Shown here one piece after another: positions 9,831 to 17,302 of a DNA stretch of 64,000 nt. How positions within the stretch are numbered: the stretch's first letter is position 1; every line of letters begins with the position of its first letter. The stretch is from Nitrospira sp. Its GTDB lineage: Bacteria > Nitrospirota > Nitrospiria > Nitrospirales > Nitrospiraceae. The translations under genes and the position numbers were made by a program. The DNA is taken from positions 144,482-208,481 of the forward strand of contig JALHPO010000001.1 in assembly GCA_022842445.1 (NCBI GenBank), in the 5' to 3' direction. The notes under the pieces were generated by a model that was not told where the DNA came from, ran no database searches, and saw only the letters and a program-made list of their open reading frames with translations.

Positions 9831-11159
9831 GTGCCGAAACCATTGGCGACGCAGGCATCGCGGCAATTCACCGCTGAAACTCTTTCCATAGAACCTGCAC
9901 AACTGAAGATCGGTATGTTCGTGGATTTGGACTGTTCCTGGTTCAAACATCCATTCGCCAAGAAACGATTCAAAATTACAACGGAGCAGGAACTCTCCAT
10001 TATCCGAGGCCTGGAACTCCGCTCCGTACTCGTCGATGTCGTCTTGTCAGATCCTAATGCGCTGGAACAGAGCACGGATAGGCAGGCTCACACCGCACAG
10101 GATGAAACCGTCTCTCTCACCAATCCGCCCTCCCAGAACACCCCCGTACCGCCGACAGTCACCCGATACCAGGAAGGCCTTCAGCAGGCCGATATTGTGT
10201 ACAGGCAAACACTCGCACAGGGCTCGGACGCGCTTGCCGACATCAAGAATGGATCTGACACGGGACTCACGGTTGCAAAGGACATGATCAATGGACTGAC
10301 AGAGCTGATTATGGCTGACGACACAGCCAGCGCGATGGGGAGTCTCCTCGGCGCACAGGATGTCAACGACAAAGCGGTGCTGCATGCCATGAATGTGGCA
10401 GTACTTGCCATGCTGCTAGGCCGTCAGTTCGATCTCGGCCAGGAAGAAGTCAAGATACTGGGAATCGCCGGCCTCCTGCACGACATCGGTGAACAACTGC
10501 TCCCGCCTGACCTGATAAAAAAGCGGGGCCTGCGCATGGCTGACTACGATCGAAAGGCATTTCAACAACACGTCGAGTTAGGGCTCCACATTCTCGCGCA
10601 GTTCCCAGAGCTGCCCAATACCGTGGCCCACATCATCAAGCAACACCATGAACGGATCGATGGATCAGGCTATCCAGACGGTTTACGGGGTCATCAGCTT
10701 TCCTTGTCCTCAAAAATCCTCATGGTCGTCGAAGAATATGAAAGCCTCATCAATGCCCCGAATATCAGGGACAACAAGTCTCCGGCAGAGGCGCTCTCGC
10801 ACTTGTACCTGAACAGCAAGACGATGTATCCCGAAGAAGCGGTCGTCGCCCTCATACAGGTGCTCAGTGTCTATCCACCCGGAACGGTCGTGGAGCTCAG
10901 CGACACATCTGTCGGCCTGGTCGTGAGCATCAACCTACAGGCCCGCATGCGCCCGCTCATCATCCTCTATGATCCGACCGTTGAGCGCGAGAATCCCAAC
11001 ATCACCGATCTCAGCCTTGACCAGAGCCGCTCCATTGTGCGGAGCATCACGAGGCATGAGCTGCCGCATGAGGTATCGGAGTATCTGAATCTCGCACGCT
11101 GGACAGGGTACTTCATCAACTCCTCAATGGAACTGTTGAAGGAATCCCAGGTAACGTAA
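9831..11159 (+). CDS. HD-GYP domain c-di-GMP phosphodiesterase with DUF3391-like N-terminus
   Basis: LKIGMFVDLDCSWFKHPFAKKRFKI (DUF3391-like), then LLHDIGE and HHERIDGSGYPDGL (HD...GYP). Confidence 0.85.
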   Translation: MPKPLATQASRQFTAETLSIEPAQLKIGMFVDLDCSWFKHPFAKKRFKITTEQELSIIRGLELRSVLVDVVLSDPNALEQSTDRQAHTAQDETVSLTNPPSQNTPVPPTVTRYQEGLQQADIVYRQTLAQGSDALADIKNGSDTGLTVAKDMINGLTELIMADDTASAMGSLLGAQDVNDKAVLHAMNVAVLAMLLGRQFDLGQEEVKILGIAGLLHDIGEQLLPPDLIKKRGLRMADYDRKAFQQHVELGLHILAQFPELPNTVAHIIKQHHERIDGSGYPDGLRGHQLSLSSKILMVVEEYESLINAPNIRDNKSPAEALSHLYLNSKTMYPEEAVVALIQVLSVYPPGTVVELSDTSVGLVVSINLQARMRPLIILYDPTVERENPNITDLSLDQSRSIVRSITRHELPHEVSEYLNLARWTGYFINSSMELLKESQVT

Positions 11160-11193
11160 CACTCGATCTGGCGTTGACACGCACTCCTGTGCT

Positions 11194-13383
11194 ATGTCAA
11201 CGAACATGCAGTCTCAGCGCCTCTTGCTCCTTATCCCTCCGCTGACACAGCTGAATACACCCTATCCTTCTACCGCCTATCTCACCGGGTTCCTTCAATC
11301 CCGCAATATTGCCGCCGAACAGGCCGATCTGGGTATCGAGATGGTGCTGCGGCTCTTCAGCCGGACCGGATTGACTCGTGTCTTTGCCGACATACGGAAA
11401 CTGGGCGACGACCTGCCGCCCGAAGCGATCGCGATGCTCGCGATGGAGCAGGCCTATCTCGCTCAAATCGAATCCGTCGTCTCCTTTCTTCAAGGCAAGA
11501 ATCCCGGCGCCGCCGCACGGATGATACAAGCAGGCGTGCTGCCTCAAGGACCCCGGTTTCGAGGCAGAAACAAATTCGCGAAGTCCGTACCGCTTGAAGA
11601 CAGGGCCAAACAGTGGGCGACTTTCTATCTCGAAGATCTCGCCGACCTGGTCCAAGCAACGGTCTCGCCGCATTTTTCTCTCAGCCGCTATGCCGAACAG
11701 GTGGCGACATCCACATCGTCATTTGATGGCATGATCGATGCGCTGGACGCGGCGCCGACCATGACCGATGTCTTCATGTTGGATGCCCTCCAGGCCCATC
11801 TCGACCGGGTCAAGCCGACATTGATCTGCCTCTCCGTGCCGTTTCCCGGCAATCTGTACGGAGCGTTCCGCATCGCCCAGGCAATCAAGCGCCGGCAGCC
11901 GGACCTGCCGGTTGCACTGGGCGGCGGCTATGCCAATACCGAATTGAGACGCGTGGCCGATCCCCGCGTCTTCGACTATGTCGACTTTATCACCCTCGAT
12001 GACGGAGAGAGGCCGCTGCTCTCTCTGATCGAACATCTGTCAGGTTCGCGACCCCGAACGGCTCTGTGCCGGACATTCTATCGTGAAAGGAATCGCATTC
12101 GGTTTGCCGACGATCCCTCAGCCTCTGACTTCTCGATGAACGAGATCGGCTGCCCGACCTATCGCGGACTGAATTTGGACCGCTATCTGACGATCCTGGA
12201 CAGTATCAATCCGATGCATCGCCTCTGGTCGGAAGGCCATTGGAACAAACTGACCGTGGCGCATGGCTGCTATTGGAAGCAATGCACCTTTTGCGACGTG
12301 GGACTCAATTACATTGGCCGTTACGAAATGACGCCGACCGACCGGCTCATCGGACAGATCGAACAATTGATGACTGAGACGGGACGCAGGGGCTTTCATT
12401 TTGTGGATGAAGCGGCGCCTCCCGCTGCGCTCAAATCGCTCGCATTGGCTTTGCTGGAACGGAAGATCGAAATTTCCTGGTGGGGCAATATCCGCTTTGA
12501 GGAGGCATTTTCGCCGGACCTCTGCCGCCTGCTCGCTGCATCCGGCTGCATCGCAGTGACGGCCGGACTCGAAGCGGCGTCAGACCGTCTGCTTGAGAAG
12601 ATGAAGAAAGGCATTACCGTCGACCGCACGGCGCTGGTCGCCGCGGCATTTCGAGACGCGGGCATCCTGGTCCATGCCTATCTGATGTACGGATTCCCCT
12701 CTGAGACCGTTCAGGAAACCGTAGACTCGCTGGAGCGCGTGAGGCAATTGGTCGCGGCGGATCTGATTCAATCGGCTTTTTGGCACCGCTTCACCGCCAC
12801 CGCCCATAGTCCGGTCGGCCTCGATCCGGCCTCCCATGGTCTGCGTATCATTGGTCCGGAGTTTCAGGGCTTCGCAGAAAATGACCTCCGGCACAAGGAT
12901 CGAGCCGGTGAGACGCCCCAATGGGTCGGTGAAGGACTCAGGAGGTCGATGCTCAATTTCCTCGAACACCGTGGATTAACCATGGATGTTCGCAACTGGT
13001 TCGATCAACCCGCGCCGAAACCGCGAGTCTCGTCTCGGTGGGTCACCAGCCTTCTAAAGAACAGATATATTGAGGATAACCCACAGGCAGAACGGCGTAT
13101 TGTCTGGCTTGGTGGAGAACCAGTGCTTGAATCGGCAGGAAAGAAGACGCGCCTCGTGCTATCAGGGCCATCCGGCGACTGCGCCATCACACTCCAGAAT
13201 GAACAAGCCAAGTGGCTCGATCACTTGATCTCACAATGCACACCGCATGCGACCCCACCACATTCCTATCCCCTGCTGCGAGACGCACAATCCTCATTCC
13301 CAGGCGGCATATCGGAATTCGAAAACCTCATCGTGACTCAATCCTGGATGAAAGTACGCGCGGCTGGGTTATTACTCGTCTAA
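11194..13383 (+). CDS. B12-binding domain radical SAM protein
   Basis: 729 aa. The CYWKQCTFCD cluster motif (CxxxCxxC variant typical of B12-rSAM), N-terminal LLLIPP...PYPSTAYLTGFL and GGGYANT are typical of the cobalamin-binding domain. Confidence 0.8.
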   Translation: MSTNMQSQRLLLLIPPLTQLNTPYPSTAYLTGFLQSRNIAAEQADLGIEMVLRLFSRTGLTRVFADIRKLGDDLPPEAIAMLAMEQAYLAQIESVVSFLQGKNPGAAARMIQAGVLPQGPRFRGRNKFAKSVPLEDRAKQWATFYLEDLADLVQATVSPHFSLSRYAEQVATSTSSFDGMIDALDAAPTMTDVFMLDALQAHLDRVKPTLICLSVPFPGNLYGAFRIAQAIKRRQPDLPVALGGGYANTELRRVADPRVFDYVDFITLDDGERPLLSLIEHLSGSRPRTALCRTFYRERNRIRFADDPSASDFSMNEIGCPTYRGLNLDRYLTILDSINPMHRLWSEGHWNKLTVAHGCYWKQCTFCDVGLNYIGRYEMTPTDRLIGQIEQLMTETGRRGFHFVDEAAPPAALKSLALALLERKIEISWWGNIRFEEAFSPDLCRLLAASGCIAVTAGLEAASDRLLEKMKKGITVDRTALVAAAFRDAGILVHAYLMYGFPSETVQETVDSLERVRQLVAADLIQSAFWHRFTATAHSPVGLDPASHGLRIIGPEFQGFAENDLRHKDRAGETPQWVGEGLRRSMLNFLEHRGLTMDVRNWFDQPAPKPRVSSRWVTSLLKNRYIEDNPQAERRIVWLGGEPVLESAGKKTRLVLSGPSGDCAITLQNEQAKWLDHLISQCTPHATPPHSYPLLRDAQSSFPGGISEFENLIVTQSWMKVRAAGLLLV

Positions 13384-13438
13384 CTACCCGGAGTGAGGAT
13401 ACTTGACAGGACCTCTATCGATGATACATATGGTACAT

Positions 13439-13630
13439 ATGCGAACGACGCTCACCATTGATAATCAGCTTATCAAGCGCGCGGCTCAGCTGACGGGCGT
13501 TCAGGAAAAAACCCAGCTTGTGCGCTTGGGGCTTGAGGCTCTTATTTCCCGCGAAGCCGCCAAACGGTTGGCCCGCCTTGGGGGCAGTGAACCCCAGTTC
13601 AAGGACATCCGCCGCCGCCGCTCTGCCTAA
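13439..13630 (+). CDS. vapB: type II antitoxin, VapB-like
   Basis: MRTTLTIDNQLIKRAAQLTGVQEKTQLVRLGLEALI is typical of VapB/DUF2191-type antitoxins. It ends 2 nt before the PIN toxin gene. Confidence 0.7.
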   Translation: MRTTLTIDNQLIKRAAQLTGVQEKTQLVRLGLEALISREAAKRLARLGGSEPQFKDIRRRRSA

Positions 13631-13632
13631 TT

Positions 13633-14004
13633 ATGCCAACACTGGTCGACACCTCCGTGTGGATCGATCATTTCCGGGCTGATTCTGCCACGTTACGCCG
13701 GTTGTTGGATGAAGATTTAGTTTGGTGCCACCCGCTGGTCATCGGAGAATTAGCCTGCGGCACTTTAAAACACCGCTCGGAGGTTCTAGATTCCTTGGCC
13801 CTCCTCCCCGCCACACCAATCATCGAGTACCAGGAGGTTCTCGCCTTTCTTGAAACCCACAAACTTTTCGGTCAGGGTTTGGGATGGGTTGACGTGCATC
13901 TCCTCGCTTCGGCGCTACTTCAACATGTGACGATCTGGACACGCGACCAACCATTACGTCAGGCAGCCAGAAAATTTCGCTGCTCGTTTGAGCCGACAAT
14001 CTAG
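13633..14004 (+). CDS. vapC: PIN-domain toxin VapC
   Basis: MPTLVDTSVWIDHFR (first PIN acidic residue) and a length of 123 aa, immediately downstream of the antitoxin. Confidence 0.85.
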   Translation: MPTLVDTSVWIDHFRADSATLRRLLDEDLVWCHPLVIGELACGTLKHRSEVLDSLALLPATPIIEYQEVLAFLETHKLFGQGLGWVDVHLLASALLQHVTIWTRDQPLRQAARKFRCSFEPTI

Positions 14005-14109
14005 CTTTCCAGACTCTCCCCCGTGTGATGTTCCTCTTTGGCTACGAACCATCACTAGTGCAAGGTGGGTTTAGCCTAGAGTCCCTTCACCAACTTGAGC
14101 GACACAAAC

Positions 14110-14147
14110 AGAAAGGCCGAATCCCGTTTCGGGGATTCGGCCTTTCT
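14110..14147 (-). terminator. Rho-independent terminator downstream of the porin gene
   Basis: agaaaggccgaatccc / gtttcg / gggattcggcctttct is a perfect 16-bp stem located 35 nt after the porin stop (14182). T-rich on the minus strand after the stem. Confidence 0.6.
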
Positions 14148-14181
14148 TGAAGCTGACGGCTGTCAGCTCACACTGTCTGAA

Positions 14182-15489
14182 CTAGTACTGCATCTGCAAG
14201 GCCACGTGGAACGAATCGACCTTGTCTCCAGCAGCCGTTGGAGAATACGCACCACCACCGGCAAAACCCTTGCTGTTGATATCCCCATATCTGCCATAGG
14301 CAGAGATACGGGCATTGTGGCCGGAGATGATGTAGTTCAGACCATATTCAAATTCTTGCCGCATGGCGCTGTACCGAGGATCGATGCTGACAAATCGAAC
14401 GTATGGCTGGAACCGTCCGATACCGACCTGCTGTGGGATCAGGTACAACGCATTCACGGACCAGGAATCGCCGTTGAATACGCGGAAGGAATCGGTCGTA
14501 TTAGCGGCTGAATTAACACCGTAATTAGCAAAGAACCGCTTGAATTCTCCGTTGAACGTAAATACGCCCATGTTGTTCGGGAGAAGCTTTTCGATCAACA
14601 GATCCACGGAGACACCGGTGAAATCACTCGTCCCTGTCGTAGGAGAACCGGCGCCATCCTTCTGATGCTGCACGTTACCAGCGATCGCGACGATATCACC
14701 AGCCGTTCCATAGTAGGTACCGGAGGTATAGTAGCCGGGATTGTCTTCGTCGTTCAACAGATTCCACTGCAAACGTCCCGTGTACATCAAGCTGCTGCCC
14801 TGATTAGTAGCACCACGCAAGCCGGTGGACACCGCGGCGGCATACAGCAAGTGGGTGCCGAATGGATGGAACTTTCCGAAGAAGACCGCACCATTGTCAC
14901 GACCATAGAGACCGGCATTGCCGCCAGAGGAGCCAGCATTCCCCCCGCGTGGGAAGTTATCCGAGTAATCCGCCGAGAAAAACGGAGTCCGGAACCCATC
15001 GTAGGTCGCATGGTAGAAGGGACCATTCAACTCACCACGCTCGCTCGGCATCAACGTACGTCCAAACCAGATATTGAACTTCTCATCGAATTCGAACTTA
15101 CCGATCGCATCGAGCAGGCCCATACTGGAGTTGTTGCCAAACAAGCTTCCGGCGCTCCCGTTCCCCTGACCTCCAGGCCCTCCTCCGCAGTTAAAGCAAT
15201 CGGTATTGAAGGTGAACTTGACGTACTTATGGATCGACCCGTTGATGTAGATACGAGCGTTGTCGATCGCGAAGTCGTTGCTGTAGTGACGGGATGAGCC
15301 TCCTGCACCCTCTATCGCACTAAAGCTGCTACGAATACCCATGCCGACCGAAATCCACTTATCGTCATCGGCCTTGATCGTCCCACCGGCATAGACGCTG
15401 GTCGGCGTGGACACAGCCCCAGCCACCAGCACCACTGCGGCGCCGGCAACTAAAACTTTCTTCCACAGCCTACTTAGTTCTACCTTCAT
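14182..15489 (-). CDS. outer-membrane porin / beta-barrel protein
   Basis: ORF 14182..15573 trimmed to MKVELSRLWKKVLVAGAAVVLVAGAVSTPTSVYA (signal peptide, AAGGAGG RBS). Gly/aromatic-rich alternating sequence with a C-terminal ...HVALQMQY aromatic end. Confidence 0.6.
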   Translation of the reverse strand: MKVELSRLWKKVLVAGAAVVLVAGAVSTPTSVYAGGTIKADDDKWISVGMGIRSSFSAIEGAGGSSRHYSNDFAIDNARIYINGSIHKYVKFTFNTDCFNCGGGPGGQGNGSAGSLFGNNSSMGLLDAIGKFEFDEKFNIWFGRTLMPSERGELNGPFYHATYDGFRTPFFSADYSDNFPRGGNAGSSGGNAGLYGRDNGAVFFGKFHPFGTHLLYAAAVSTGLRGATNQGSSLMYTGRLQWNLLNDEDNPGYYTSGTYYGTAGDIVAIAGNVQHQKDGAGSPTTGTSDFTGVSVDLLIEKLLPNNMGVFTFNGEFKRFFANYGVNSAANTTDSFRVFNGDSWSVNALYLIPQQVGIGRFQPYVRFVSIDPRYSAMRQEFEYGLNYIISGHNARISAYGRYGDINSKGFAGGGAYSPTAAGDKVDSFHVALQMQY

Positions 15490-15824
15490 TGTGGCAGCCT
15501 CCTTGTGAAATGAAGTGATAGAAACAATTGCCTGACCCCCTCTGCCCGAACCTCTCGAACCCTCAGGAAACACTCAACGATCGGCTGAATAGTTATCATG
15601 AATCATTTCTAATACAGTAAAGTCGGGCGGAGTATGCCCAAAGAACAATGAGATAGCAAGAAATTTTTCTATTTTGATTTGGGTGCGGATTTCCACTAAC
15701 AATCGAGGCGCGCTATCAATGTTCATGCCAAAACCGGCGAGGGCTTATACGTACAACGGGCGGGACCGGTCATCGACCAATCCCGCCCATATTGCTACCA
15801 AACAGATTCCTACGTATCTGGTTC

Positions 15825-16460
15825 TTACTTATTCGGCTGAGGCGTATAGCGCAGATACGGCTTTACGGTCGTGAAACCTTTGGGGAACAGCGTCTTGGCC
15901 TCTGCGTCATTGACGGCCGGTGTGATAATGCAGTCCTCCCCCTCCTTCCAATTAGCCGGTGTCGCCACCTTGAACTTCGACGTGAGTTGGAGCGAATCGA
16001 CCACGCGCAGCAACTCATCGAAATTCCTGCCACAAGAAGCGGGATAGGTCAGGGTGAGTTTGACCTTCTTATCGGGCCCGATGATGAACACCGACCGCAC
16101 CGTCATGTTATCCATGGCGTTCGGATGGATCATGTCATAGAGGGTGGCCACTTTCTTATCCGGGTCGGCGATGATCGGATAGTTCATAGTGGTGTGTTGC
16201 GTCTCATTGATATCCTTGACCCAGCCCTGGTGAGAGTCGAGCGGATCGACACTGACCGCAATGACTTTGACCCCTCGCTTCTTCAACTCCGGCATAATTT
16301 TGGCTACGGTGCCCAACTCTGTCGTGCACACCGGGGTAAAGTCTTTCGGATGGGAAAAGAGGATGCCCCAGCCGTTGCCGAGCCATTCGTGAAAATTGAT
16401 CGTGCCCTCTGTCGTGTCCGCCGTAAAATTCGGCGCGTCGTCTCCCAATCTGATTGCCAT
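15825..16460 (-). CDS. 1-Cys peroxiredoxin (Prx6-type)
   Basis: MAIRLGDDAPNFTADTTEGTINFHEWLGNGWGILFSHPKDFTPVCTTELG. The PVCTTE active site and 211-aa length fit the family. Confidence 0.9.
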   Translation of the reverse strand: MAIRLGDDAPNFTADTTEGTINFHEWLGNGWGILFSHPKDFTPVCTTELGTVAKIMPELKKRGVKVIAVSVDPLDSHQGWVKDINETQHTTMNYPIIADPDKKVATLYDMIHPNAMDNMTVRSVFIIGPDKKVKLTLTYPASCGRNFDELLRVVDSLQLTSKFKVATPANWKEGEDCIITPAVNDAEAKTLFPKGFTTVKPYLRYTPQPNK

Positions 16461-16589
16461 GATGACCTCCGTATAGATTTGTTTTACAAGGAGATGGGGC
16501 GCTGCATCACCCCCCCTGTTAGTTGCTTCTTACGATACTGTGCTACCTACGACGAGCGCAAGGGGGCGGATAGGATCGGGACACGCGCG

Positions 16590-16730
16590 CGATGCGCGAC
16601 GGGCGCGAAAAGTGCGACTTAAGAAGCTGATTTTCATCCCAGTCTTGCGCGTCTCGCATGTCGCGCCAGTCTCGCTCGTCCCGCTCGTCCTGCAGTCACG
16701 CTAGTCCCGCCACTCCCGCTCATCCCGCTC
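16590..16730 (+). repeat. repeat unit R1: GC-rich palindromic head plus ~10 tandem 9-bp units (consensus GTCCCGCYN)
   Basis: Head gcgcgacgggcgcga...cttaagaa. Units then run 16642-16730: gtcttgcgc gtctcgcat gtcgcgcca gtctcgctc gtcccgctc gtcctgca gtcacgcta gtcccgcca ctcccgctc atcccgctc. Confidence 0.7.
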
Positions 16731-16774
16731 AAGATCCTTACCTGCCAAACCGATAGAGCCTCCAGGACCCCTCA

Positions 16775-17152
16775 ATGGGAGCATTCATGGACATGACAGA
16801 CGCTGCGAGAACGTCTCTCCGTATTTCGAAGGATCCTATGTACCTAATGCTCCGCGAAGGCTGCATCAAAGAATTCAACGTCAAGAAGGCCGCCGGCGAC
16901 AAATGCGACCTGCGGGGATGCGACCTGCGGGGACTGGATCTCAGGGGATTGGATGCGGCCGGGCTTGATTTCCGTGATTGCTACTTCCGGCAAAGCGACC
17001 TGCGCGGTGTGGACATGAGCAAAGCCAATTTGGACGGTGCCAGTATCAATGCCTGCAAGATCTCCGGCTGCTTGTTCCCATCCGAGCTGAGCGCGCCGGA
17101 AATCGAACTCTCCCTCCTGCATGGCACCAGAATGCGGTATGGGGTGAAGTGA
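16775..17152 (+). CDS. pentapeptide repeat protein
   Basis: CDLRGCDLRGLDLRGLDAAGLDFRDCYFRQSDLRGVDMSKANLDGASINACKISG is a classic A(D/N)LXX repeat run. Confidence 0.8.
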   Translation: MGAFMDMTDAARTSLRISKDPMYLMLREGCIKEFNVKKAAGDKCDLRGCDLRGLDLRGLDAAGLDFRDCYFRQSDLRGVDMSKANLDGASINACKISGCLFPSELSAPEIELSLLHGTRMRYGVK

Positions 17153-17166
17153 GCGGGACGTGCGGC

Positions 17167-17298
17167 GTGCGCGACAAGCGCGACTCAAGAAACGGAGGTC
17201 TCAGGCCCGTCTCACCTCTCTCGCTCGTCCCGCCAGTCTCGCTTGTCCCGCTCGTCCCGCCAGTCCCGCTCGTCCCGCCAATCTCGCTTATCCCGCCG
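17167..17298 (+). repeat. repeat unit R2: second copy of the R1-type element
   Basis: Head gcgcgacaagcgcgactcaagaa. Units then run 17209-17298: gtctcacct ctctcgctc gtcccgcca gtctcgctt gtcccgctc gtcccgcca gtcccgctc gtcccgcca atctcgctt atcccgccg. Same orientation as R1. Confidence 0.7.
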
Positions 17299-17302
17299 TG
17301 CC

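Noticed and set aside
15792-16622. 276-aa + strand ORF opposite the peroxiredoxin gene
   Set aside because: It fully overlaps a high-confidence 1-Cys peroxiredoxin on the other strand and has a low-complexity Arg-rich translation.
16642-17298. Possible CRISPR array or coding repeat (ORFs 16978..17475, 17160..17540 and 17212..17469 translate the 9-mers as SLVPPV / PARPAS / ERDWRD)
   Set aside because: The units are 9 bp with no spacers, far too short for CRISPR. The ORFs reading through them overlap real gene ends in three frames and exist only because of the repeat periodicity.
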